Below, in pieces: positions 56,923-64,000 of a stretch of 64,000 bases of DNA. Position 1 is the stretch's first letter. Every line of letters starts with the position of its first letter. A program made the position numbers and the translations under genes. Below the pieces are notes generated by a model. That model made no database searches. It was not told the DNA's origin and saw nothing but the letters and a program-made list of their open reading frames with translations. Origin of the DNA: a virus; the IMG/VR virus record IMGVR_UViG_3300027800_000004, positions 1-64,000 of that record; one strand, given 5' to 3'.

Positions 56923-57483
56923 AATCGTGTAAAATCAGCCATTACAACTTAGCGGCCCGTACACTTGCAAAGCTAATTTAATTTACGACATAGGACTACG
57001 CAAAATGGTAAAAAGTTATTAACAAGTAATTAATTTTATACCAAAGTGAGCGTCTGCCTGCGGTCTATGTATATATTTCAGGCTCGGTCGCGCGAACCCA
57101 AATCGGATTTGCGTACCCGCCCCCCCTGCCTGGGCCTCTCCAGGCGTTTTGTGTCCGTGCCTTTAAAGTGGTTCTGCCCTGTCCAACAACAAAATAAAGC
57201 GTTCTGACCTGTTGTTGATAGGGTAGGGGAGAGGATCTATAAACACAATGCCTTCATGTTCTATTTAACATAATGATAATTATGGGCAATGTAGTCAGCC
57301 ATCATGTCATGCCTGTCTGAGTGTGTCATCCCTGCATCCTGTGAGCCTGTAAATGTGGCCTCTTTTGTGCTTGATACAATTCAATGAACGTACATAATGA
57401 ATGGTGTGGATGATGCGTTAAATGGGTTGAAATGCTTAAATTTGCGTGTTAAATGGGTTGTTAACCTCTTGAGAGTTGCATAA

Positions 57484-58035
57484 ATGAATGAGAACCTGTC
57501 CCCTGCGCCATCCTTGCCTCCTTCTCTGGCTTATCTGTATTCAAACCTATCAATGGAAGAACAAAGGGTCTTTCATAAGGTGTTCAATAGTATGTGGGGT
57601 GTTGTTGCTCCCTTGAAGCGGTTCGTTCATCATGGTGGTGTCATGTATGCCTATTGGGTTGCTGATAAACTGCGTGAAGAACATAACCTCACCAATGTGG
57701 AGTTATCCCTGCTCATGTATTTGTATCATGTGTCTGGTGGTGGCAGACAGGTCATTGATGGTGTAGATCTCCTCGCTGCTCCCTCCTTCCCCTGCTCGTA
57801 TAACTATTGGATGGTGTTGTCCGGTCAGTTTAAACAACGTGGTTATATCGTGCGTTCTGTTCGTAACCCTGCTAAACCATATACATCTGGGTATCGTGCA
57901 AAGGGAATGAGATACATAAGACTAACCGACAAAGCAATTAACTTGATACATGATATGGATAGAGAGTTGTACAGGCGGTTGCGGTCTTGTACGTTCAACG
58001 ATGTGGTGTGTGGATATGGAAAAGGGCAGATATAA
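57484..58035 (+). CDS. MarR-like winged-helix protein
   Basis: LTNVELSLLMYLY...FKQRGYIVR...YIRLTDKAINLI. Confidence 0.55.
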   Translation: MNENLSPAPSLPPSLAYLYSNLSMEEQRVFHKVFNSMWGVVAPLKRFVHHGGVMYAYWVADKLREEHNLTNVELSLLMYLYHVSGGGRQVIDGVDLLAAPSFPCSYNYWMVLSGQFKQRGYIVRSVRNPAKPYTSGYRAKGMRYIRLTDKAINLIHDMDRELYRRLRSCTFNDVVCGYGKGQI

Positions 58036-58068
58036 CTCTGCCCTCTGTCCTGTGGTCTTATTTGAGGT

Positions 58069-58434
58069 TTAAATAACTCCCATTGCAATCCCCTGTTTCA
58101 GCATGTACTCTGAACTGCACCAATGTATTTGATTAATGATAACATTGATGTTCGTCTTGTGGTCTGCTTCATTGCCTTCATCATCCATGCCAATAATCAT
58201 TGACTTGCCAAGAATAGCATATACAAAGCCATTGAACATCCATCCGGCCTGTGGTGCATCCTCATTGAACTCAATCCATGCCTCTTCGTTGCAGTATAGC
58301 ACATCTCTGTTAGGATAAGTGATAGGTGCTTCAATCATGTGGCAGTCTAAGAGCCTGTAAATGTCCTTGAGGCTTCCGGTTGTTTCAACCTGTGTTACTT
58401 CCTTTGTGTCTGGGTTAATTAAAATTGCTTTCAT
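58069..58434 (-). CDS. DUF3846-like protein
   Basis: MKAILINP...LKDIYRLLDCHMIE...VLYCNEE...ILGKSMIIGMDDEG. Confidence 0.6.
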   Translation of the reverse strand: MKAILINPDTKEVTQVETTGSLKDIYRLLDCHMIEAPITYPNRDVLYCNEEAWIEFNEDAPQAGWMFNGFVYAILGKSMIIGMDDEGNEADHKTNINVIINQIHWCSSEYMLKQGIAMGVI

Positions 58435-58446
58435 TGTCGTGTGTGT

Positions 58447-58722
58447 TTATAGGTTATTAATCAGTTGCATTAATTCATCCGGTTTGCGGTCATCCTTGAC
58501 GTTGTTACAGGCAAGTGCATAGAATATTGAACTCCCCATAACAAGATTGTCATAGGGGTCAATAATAGGGTCAATGGTCTTAATCTCATTGACATTTAAC
58601 CATGTTGATTTTGGTTCGGTTGTCTTGAAATAGCGTTCTTCTTTTGAGTGCCATATCCATGACCATGTACATTTAAGAATGTGTGTTCTCATCTCCTTAT
58701 TTATTAGTGTGTTTGACTTCAA
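58447..58722 (-). CDS. Hypothetical protein (true start may be ATG 58692)
   Basis: ORF track; AAACACAC motif and AAGGAG precede MRTHILK. Confidence 0.45.
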   Translation of the reverse strand: MKSNTLINKEMRTHILKCTWSWIWHSKEERYFKTTEPKSTWLNVNEIKTIDPIIDPYDNLVMGSSIFYALACNNVKDDRKPDELMQLINNL

Positions 58723-58942
58723 TTATAGCCTTCCAACATGAGTCGCAAACATAGTCAGAAGGGTATGGGTCTATGCAGTTCTGAAATGCCACCCATTGTT
58801 CGGGCGTGTACTCTGGGATTGCCTCCTGTTCTCTCCGGTAGTCACCTACAAATGACATGATTAACAGGGTAATGAATAAGGCCAACGTAACAACGATTAG
58901 GCCGATGTTCATCTGTTCTTCTACGTTCTTGGTTTTCATCAT
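58697..58942 (-). CDS. Small membrane protein with C-terminal CxxC
   Basis: One TM helix; CDSC. Confidence 0.5.
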   Translation of the reverse strand: MMKTKNVEEQMNIGLIVVTLALFITLLIMSFVGDYRREQEAIPEYTPEQWVAFQNCIDPYPSDYVCDSCWKAIIEVKHTNK

Positions 58943-58982
58943 CTTGCGTGTTTTAGTGTGTGTTCTGCGTTGTTTGATACTG

Positions 58983-59083
58983 CAATATTATACTATATAA
59001 TAACACGAACAAATTTATTTTGACGAATAGTTCGTTTTTTTTGACGAACGGATTTGTTGGTTTAATATATTAGTGTATCTTCA
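58983..59083. promoter_or_regulatory. Divergent Bacteroidota-type promoter pair with central operator-like repeats
   Basis: Leftward TTTG(59013-59010)-N19-TAATATTG(58990-58983); rightward TTTG(59053-59056)-N19-TATCTTCA(59076-59083); TTTTGACGAA at 59018 and 59039. Confidence 0.6.
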
Positions 59084-59113
59084 CATCGTATTAATAACAT
59101 AATAACACACACA

Positions 59114-59773
59114 ATGAACACACGACAATTAGAATTGCAAGAACCAGATGCTAAACTGCTCTACATGGGTAAGTCAGCATTGTCAGACAGGGACATTATG
59201 TCTTTAATTCTGGCAGGGAGTGACAACAAGAACAAGGCTGACAAGGTATTGAAAGCCTCAGATTTCAATTTTGATAGTATGTCAAAGTATTGTTACACCG
59301 ATTTGAAAGCGTTCGGATTATCCCATTTACAGGCCGTTCGCTGCATTGCAGTTATTGAGTTCGCCAAGCGGTTGAATATACACAGGGTTGACGAACAGAC
59401 ACAAATTAGGTCAAGTTCAGACATCTTTGCTTACATGTCCCCCATCCTCTCAGACCTTGACCATGAGGAATTTTGGGCAATCCTGTTGAACAGGGCAAAC
59501 CGCATCATTAAGCGTGTCAAAATCTCACAGGGTGGCATAGCGGGAACGGTCACCGACATCCGCATATTGTTCAAACATGCCATTAATGACCTTGCCTGTG
59601 GCCTTGTGGTATGCCATAACCATCCCTCTGGCAATACCTCTCCCTCTGATAGTGACATCCGCATAACTCAGAAGATTAAGGAGACAGGGAACATTATGGA
59701 CATACAGGTATTAGACCATGTAATTATCGCCAAGAGTGAACACTATTCCTTTGCAGATAACGGAACGCTATAA
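59114..59773 (+). CDS. radC: RadC family JAB-domain protein
   Basis: EEFWAILLNRAN, ISQGGIAGTVTD, HNHPSGNTSPSDSD, VLDHVII, YSFADNG. Confidence 0.93.
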   Translation: MNTRQLELQEPDAKLLYMGKSALSDRDIMSLILAGSDNKNKADKVLKASDFNFDSMSKYCYTDLKAFGLSHLQAVRCIAVIEFAKRLNIHRVDEQTQIRSSSDIFAYMSPILSDLDHEEFWAILLNRANRIIKRVKISQGGIAGTVTDIRILFKHAINDLACGLVVCHNHPSGNTSPSDSDIRITQKIKETGNIMDIQVLDHVIIAKSEHYSFADNGTL

Positions 59774-59795
59774 CACTAACTAACACACAAATAAC

Positions 59796-60119
59796 ATGGA
59801 AACAATTTACATTTTCAACTACTCACCGAAGGCCATTGTTGTCGTGGGTGACACCAAGCCAATTCACGGACTACTCAAGAACGCAGGGGGCAAATGGAAC
59901 GCCCGATTAACCGATTTAAGGACAGGGAACAAGTTTGGAGGTTGGGTATATCATCATACTCGTTTGGCTTCCATACAGGCCACATTAACGGCCAATGCAA
60001 TCAAGTTCGCAATGGAGAGGCCGTCAAGCCTCTCCTCCCTCTCATCCACAGGTCGGGATTATATCCAAGACCCTGCTGAAATAGATGCTGACAACTTTTG
60101 CCAACGTAACAATATCTGA
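59796..60119 (+). CDS. Small conserved mobile-element domain protein
   Basis: YSPKAIVVVGDTKP...LKNAGGKWN...GWVY pattern, recalled from polyvalent/leading-region proteins. Confidence 0.5.
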   Translation: METIYIFNYSPKAIVVVGDTKPIHGLLKNAGGKWNARLTDLRTGNKFGGWVYHHTRLASIQATLTANAIKFAMERPSSLSSLSSTGRDYIQDPAEIDADNFCQRNNI

Positions 60120-60121
60120 AC

Positions 60122-60505
60122 ATGGCACAGACAGGACTATTCACAGGCGAAGAGATGCGTGGTACAGGTCAGATGAACATGCTGAACTCCATAGACCACC
60201 AAGAGGACAGGATTAAAAGCCTCCGCAAACAGGTACACCATTACCATTATGATGCAGGGCATGGATGGTTAGAGGTGGAACTTGCTGACCTTTCAAAATT
60301 AGGCATAAGCCATGCTATCTCCGGTTTCTCATTCAGACATGGTGACAAAGCATATTTGGAAGAAGATAGCGATGCGGTTCTCTATATTAACACACTCTTC
60401 CCGAACCGACATGTTGACCCCGAATATCCGATATTTCAAGACCACATGAGGGGTATAAATGATGGTGACAACTCACACATCAGAAGATACGCACACTACA
60501 AATAA
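60122..60505 (+). CDS. Conserved phage early protein (DxGHGWL family)
   Basis: DAGHGWLEV...ISGFSF...AYLEEDSDA. Confidence 0.55.
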   Translation: MAQTGLFTGEEMRGTGQMNMLNSIDHQEDRIKSLRKQVHHYHYDAGHGWLEVELADLSKLGISHAISGFSFRHGDKAYLEEDSDAVLYINTLFPNRHVDPEYPIFQDHMRGINDGDNSHIRRYAHYK

Positions 60506-60515
60506 CATGAACAAC

Positions 60516-60539
60516 GCCTCCCTGCTACGGCAGGGGGGC
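60516..60539 (+). other. GC-rich intergenic hairpin
   Basis: GCCTCCCTGC-TACG-GCAGGGGGGC; no U-tract on the + strand. Confidence 0.45.
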
Positions 60540-60555
60540 ATAAAAACAAAAGACA

Positions 60556-60753
60556 ATGGCAATACTTATTAGAATTGGAGACAGAGTACAACGCAATCAA
60601 GTCGGTGACTATACTCATGGCCGTAGAGGAGATGTTGTTGATATTAATGGTGAAAGACTGAGGGTAAAATGGGATATGTTCCCAAGTGGTGTAATGATGA
60701 AAACCCCTGTTCGTACATGGGTGAATGTAAAGAGACTTGTTAAAATAGGATAA
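60556..60753 (+). CDS. Small SH3/KOW-like protein
   Basis: IRIGDRV...RGDVVDI...LRVKWD. Confidence 0.5.
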   Translation: MAILIRIGDRVQRNQVGDYTHGRRGDVVDINGERLRVKWDMFPSGVMMKTPVRTWVNVKRLVKIG

Positions 60754-60762
60754 CACACAAAC

Positions 60763-61005
60763 ATGAAAAAAACATATCATATATCAACCTACAAAGAGGT
60801 TTTTATTGAAGCAACCACCAAAAAAGAATGTATTGCTATAATGAAGCAATATGAGCAAAAGGGGTGGAAAGCTGATAAGCCTATTAGAAAAGGAGATTGG
60901 GATAGTTCTGGTTTAATTTACTATGTATTTATGAGTAAAGAAACAGGCGGATATATCAATGCTCCTCCTACCGACATAACTGCGAACCCTCATACATTTA
61001 ATTAA
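60763..61005 (+). CDS. Hypothetical protein
   Basis: 80 aa; preceded by TAACACACA. Confidence 0.5.
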   Translation: MKKTYHISTYKEVFIEATTKKECIAIMKQYEQKGWKADKPIRKGDWDSSGLIYYVFMSKETGGYINAPPTDITANPHTFN

Positions 61006-61028
61006 TAAATCTTTAAACACACAAAACA

Positions 61029-62303
61029 ATGACAACTACACAGATTAGTACCAAAGACAACCGCACACCTATCTATTACATAGGTCTTGTGCGTGAAGGC
61101 CGTAAACTCATCATACAGGCCAAAGAAAGCGTTGATGAGTTATCATGTGAGATAACTGACTACTTAGGGCCAAGACAGGTAAGCAAGGCCACGATTGAGG
61201 CAAATAAGACCATCCTTCTGGAAGGCTTTAAGGCCGACCCGAAATACCGCAACTGCGACATGGTTGAGGTACAAGAGCCGGAAGAGGTTTACACAAGGCC
61301 GGAGGTCACAAAGTTCAAACAGATAGCATACCTTGAGCAGATGCAAAAGAAAATGATGGACTTAAACCAAAGTATGCACGACTTAAACATGCTTTGGCAG
61401 AAGGATATGCAGTTTGACTTGGATATGAACGATTATCTTGCCAACCAATACCCTTTTAACTTCTCTTTTGATGACCTTGTTATAGAGGCTGATGTTTGGT
61501 ATCAGAAAGGTTGGGTTGCTTTAAATCAAAAGATAAAGGTATTGCAGGGGTATCCGGCTGATAAGGTGTACGGCACACAGAATAACGAGCAGAAGGTTGA
61601 AGAGCCTTCTGCTCCCTACTACACTCCCGAAGAGGCACAGGGCAAATGGATATGCGCCTACGATACAATGTGCGGTGGATGGGATTGTGTCCGCTATTCC
61701 GGTGGTGACAAAGATGGCTATCCTGTCCTGTATGGCAGTAAGAGAGAGGTTGAGGCTGATGATTTCTTTGATGGTGAGGATGACTTTGCAATATTGGCTA
61801 CTGAGTTCATTGAAGGCCGCAAGGCTTTCTTTGGTGCTAATGGCCTACACATTGAAGGCATACCCATAGTTAAAGGCTACCGGATTAAGGGCAACAAGAC
61901 AACCATGAGGGCAGAAGAACCGGAGGCAAAGTATGAGATTAAGGTTGCAAAGGCATGGCAGAGTTCGGAGTTCTTCCCAAATGGCCTTGACATCATTGCT
62001 CTGGAGTTAGATTACAGGGACAGAATAAAATTACTTGGTGCAATAGAAAAGTGCAAATTGTATGGCTATGACCATATAGCCGTTCATGCAGGGAGAGGAG
62101 CAGAATATCTCACAAATGAGGGAGATGAGGTTGAGTTTTACACCGATGTTGAGTATTTTAAAGTATTCAATGATTGTGTATATTTCTATGCACAGAGCAA
62201 GTATGATAGCGGTTGCCAAGTTGAAAGCGAACGCATTGTAATTACAAACAACTTGGCTATTGAGTTACCCGACCATGTTGAATACGAAGTTGAACAACAA
62301 TAA
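61029..62303 (+). CDS. Multidomain early protein with repeated EPxxxY linkers
   Basis: 424 aa; VQEPEEVY, VEEPSAPY and AEEPEAKY separate four ~80-130-aa blocks. Confidence 0.55.
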   Translation: MTTTQISTKDNRTPIYYIGLVREGRKLIIQAKESVDELSCEITDYLGPRQVSKATIEANKTILLEGFKADPKYRNCDMVEVQEPEEVYTRPEVTKFKQIAYLEQMQKKMMDLNQSMHDLNMLWQKDMQFDLDMNDYLANQYPFNFSFDDLVIEADVWYQKGWVALNQKIKVLQGYPADKVYGTQNNEQKVEEPSAPYYTPEEAQGKWICAYDTMCGGWDCVRYSGGDKDGYPVLYGSKREVEADDFFDGEDDFAILATEFIEGRKAFFGANGLHIEGIPIVKGYRIKGNKTTMRAEEPEAKYEIKVAKAWQSSEFFPNGLDIIALELDYRDRIKLLGAIEKCKLYGYDHIAVHAGRGAEYLTNEGDEVEFYTDVEYFKVFNDCVYFYAQSKYDSGCQVESERIVITNNLAIELPDHVEYEVEQQ

Positions 62304-62314
62304 TAACACACACC

Positions 62315-62788
62315 ATGAAAGCAACAGAGACATTTAAAGGCGTTATCAAGGCTTATTGCGATGAGAGGGCGTTATCAGATTTCCCCTTCTCTGAGGCATT
62401 AAAGAAGGCCGATAGGAACATTGAGGATTGTGTTACATACATTCTCAATGAGGTCAAGAAAAGCGGATGCGAAGGCTTTGCTGACCAAGAGATATTCAAC
62501 ATGGCAGTACACTACTATGAGGCCGAAAAGGTTGAGATAGGGGATAAGTCTATTAGTGCCAACGTGGTGGTGAACCATCATATTGACAAGCCAAAGCCAA
62601 CTGCCATTGCCAAGTCAGACAAGAAGGCTTCCGCACCCAAGACAGAGAAGAAGGCAGATACCAAGCCAACCATTGCTCCGATGAGTGTCATCAAGAATAT
62701 TACAGATAAGTATTTTGATGCCAAGAAGGAGGAAGAACCAAAGAAGGATGGGGATAAGCCTCAGTTCATTCAAACCTCATTATTCTGA
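62315..62788 (+). CDS. PcfK-like protein
   Basis: FKGVIKAYCDERA..D..F...IEDCVTYILNEVKKSGCEGFADQEIFNMAVHYY; ends Q.SLF. Confidence 0.85.
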   Translation: MKATETFKGVIKAYCDERALSDFPFSEALKKADRNIEDCVTYILNEVKKSGCEGFADQEIFNMAVHYYEAEKVEIGDKSISANVVVNHHIDKPKPTAIAKSDKKASAPKTEKKADTKPTIAPMSVIKNITDKYFDAKKEEEPKKDGDKPQFIQTSLF

Positions 62789-62792
62789 TACC

Positions 62793-64000
62793 ATGAGGCC
62801 AAAGACAGAGATACAGAAGGAAGTTGACAGATATAGTCACCACCTTCACAAATTCACGGCAGAACAGAAGAGGTATGCCTACGACAATGTGTTTACTGCC
62901 CATGTCTATAAGACAAAGGACAAGGCCACCTGTCTGACATGCGGTCATACATGGGAGGATGCTACCGATAAGGCAAGTCTTCTCCATTCTATTGGCGGTT
63001 ATACCTGTCCCAAGTGTGCCAGGCACTTGACCGCCCTCCCCACCATGCAACGTACCCTGCATGACAAGGGGTACATTCATCAGTTCATCACATTCAAGAA
63101 CTACCAAGTGGTTCGGACATGCTTTATAAAGCGTTCGTGCAAGGCAGGGCAGAAGGTAGAGTACAATTTCAATGAGATCATTCAGCATTGGATAAGAGAG
63201 GATGGTAAGCACGTTGTCCGTTCTGTCCTGTATCAAGCAATGGGATATAACGCAGACGCATGGTGTCTGGGTACAGACATAGATATAAGAGGTGATGCAG
63301 ATAAGTATTATCAACATGCCAAGAACGTATTCCCCAACAAGAGCATATTGAAGGTCATCCGCAGAAATGGCTACAAAGGTGGTTTCCATGACCTCCACCC
63401 TGCTTATTTCTTCCATGTGATACTGACCTACCCGATGGCTGAAACACTCTTAAAAGCCAAGCAATACACCTTATTGAGTTATTGGAGTGTCAATCGCATT
63501 AAGGAACTTGAGAAGTATTGGCCTCAGATTAAGATTTGCATCCGCAATAACTACATCATTAAGGATGTTGGAACATGGTTTGACCAACTTGAACTGCTTG
63601 AATACTTTGGCAAGGACATCTTCTCCCCTGCGTTTATCTGCTCCCCCACCCTCAAGAACGACCATCAGAGGCTCATTGACAAGAAAGAGAAGATCATGGA
63701 GGGCAAGAGGATTGCCGAACTCAAGGGCATGATAGCGAAGGCCAATATACACTACCGCAAGAGCAAGGAGAAGTATTTCAATCTCCGGTTCTCCAATGGC
63801 AACGTGGATGTTGTTGTTCTCAACAATGTGATGGAGTTCTATTTGGAGGGCAAGGCACACCATCATTGTGTGTTCACCAATGAGTATTACAAGAACGAGG
63901 ATAGCCTTATCCTGTCAGCACAGAGACAGGGCGAGAGGCTTGAGACTATTGAACTCTCCCTGCGTGAGATGAGAATACTCCAAGCAAGAGGTCTTCAGAA
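62793..64000 (+). CDS. PcfJ-like protein, partial (runs off the window edge)
   Basis: Hand-translated MRPKTEIQKEV...CLTCGHTW...CPKC...ETLLKA...EGKAHHHCVFTNEYY...SLILSA...RLETIELSL; follows PcfK. Confidence 0.85.
   Translation, partial: MRPKTEIQKEVDRYSHHLHKFTAEQKRYAYDNVFTAHVYKTKDKATCLTCGHTWEDATDKASLLHSIGGYTCPKCARHLTALPTMQRTLHDKGYIHQFITFKNYQVVRTCFIKRSCKAGQKVEYNFNEIIQHWIREDGKHVVRSVLYQAMGYNADAWCLGTDIDIRGDADKYYQHAKNVFPNKSILKVIRRNGYKGGFHDLHPAYFFHVILTYPMAETLLKAKQYTLLSYWSVNRIKELEKYWPQIKICIRNNYIIKDVGTWFDQLELLEYFGKDIFSPAFICSPTLKNDHQRLIDKKEKIMEGKRIAELKGMIAKANIHYRKSKEKYFNLRFSNGNVDVVVLNNVMEFYLEGKAHHHCVFTNEYYKNEDSLILSAQRQGERLETIELSLREMRILQARGLQ

Noticed and set aside
56923-57483. tRNA or rRNA genes in intergenic gaps
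   Set aside because: No cloverleaf with T-loop GTTCRA and acceptor stem recognised.
1-64000. Stop-codon reassignment (TAG/TGA), known in some crAss-like phages
   Set aside because: Core genes are full length in code 11, and the breaks seen are at TAA or are frame changes.

Overview
This window is a 64-kb segment of a crAss-like (Crassvirales-related) podophage of a Bacteroidota host, read in the standard genetic code. Host evidence is TAnnTTTG promoter elements, Gln-at-+1 signal peptides and BACON/HYR/BspA-type domains. The minus strand (~57 kb down to 1) carries regulatory and replication-initiator genes, a double GroES-like chaperone, a sugar-modification cluster, terminase, portal, scaffold, major capsid, fibre/adhesin genes, a lysis-like cassette containing a metacaspase, tail ring proteins and ejected-protein candidates. 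It also carries a stabilization ('muzzle') protein apparently broken into three ORFs and stuffed with adhesin/depolymerase modules, a ~4,800-aa DarB-like polyvalent protein (methyltransferase, Strawberry-notch helicase, zincin, LPD38) interrupted by one frameshift, and a primase-helicase. From ~57.5 kb the window becomes an 'early/leading' region (RadC, PcfK, PcfJ, small genes). This region has divergent host-type promoters, an AACACAC motif before most start codons and a 5.4-kb stretch without GATC. All family calls come from motif recognition by eye; no database searches were run.
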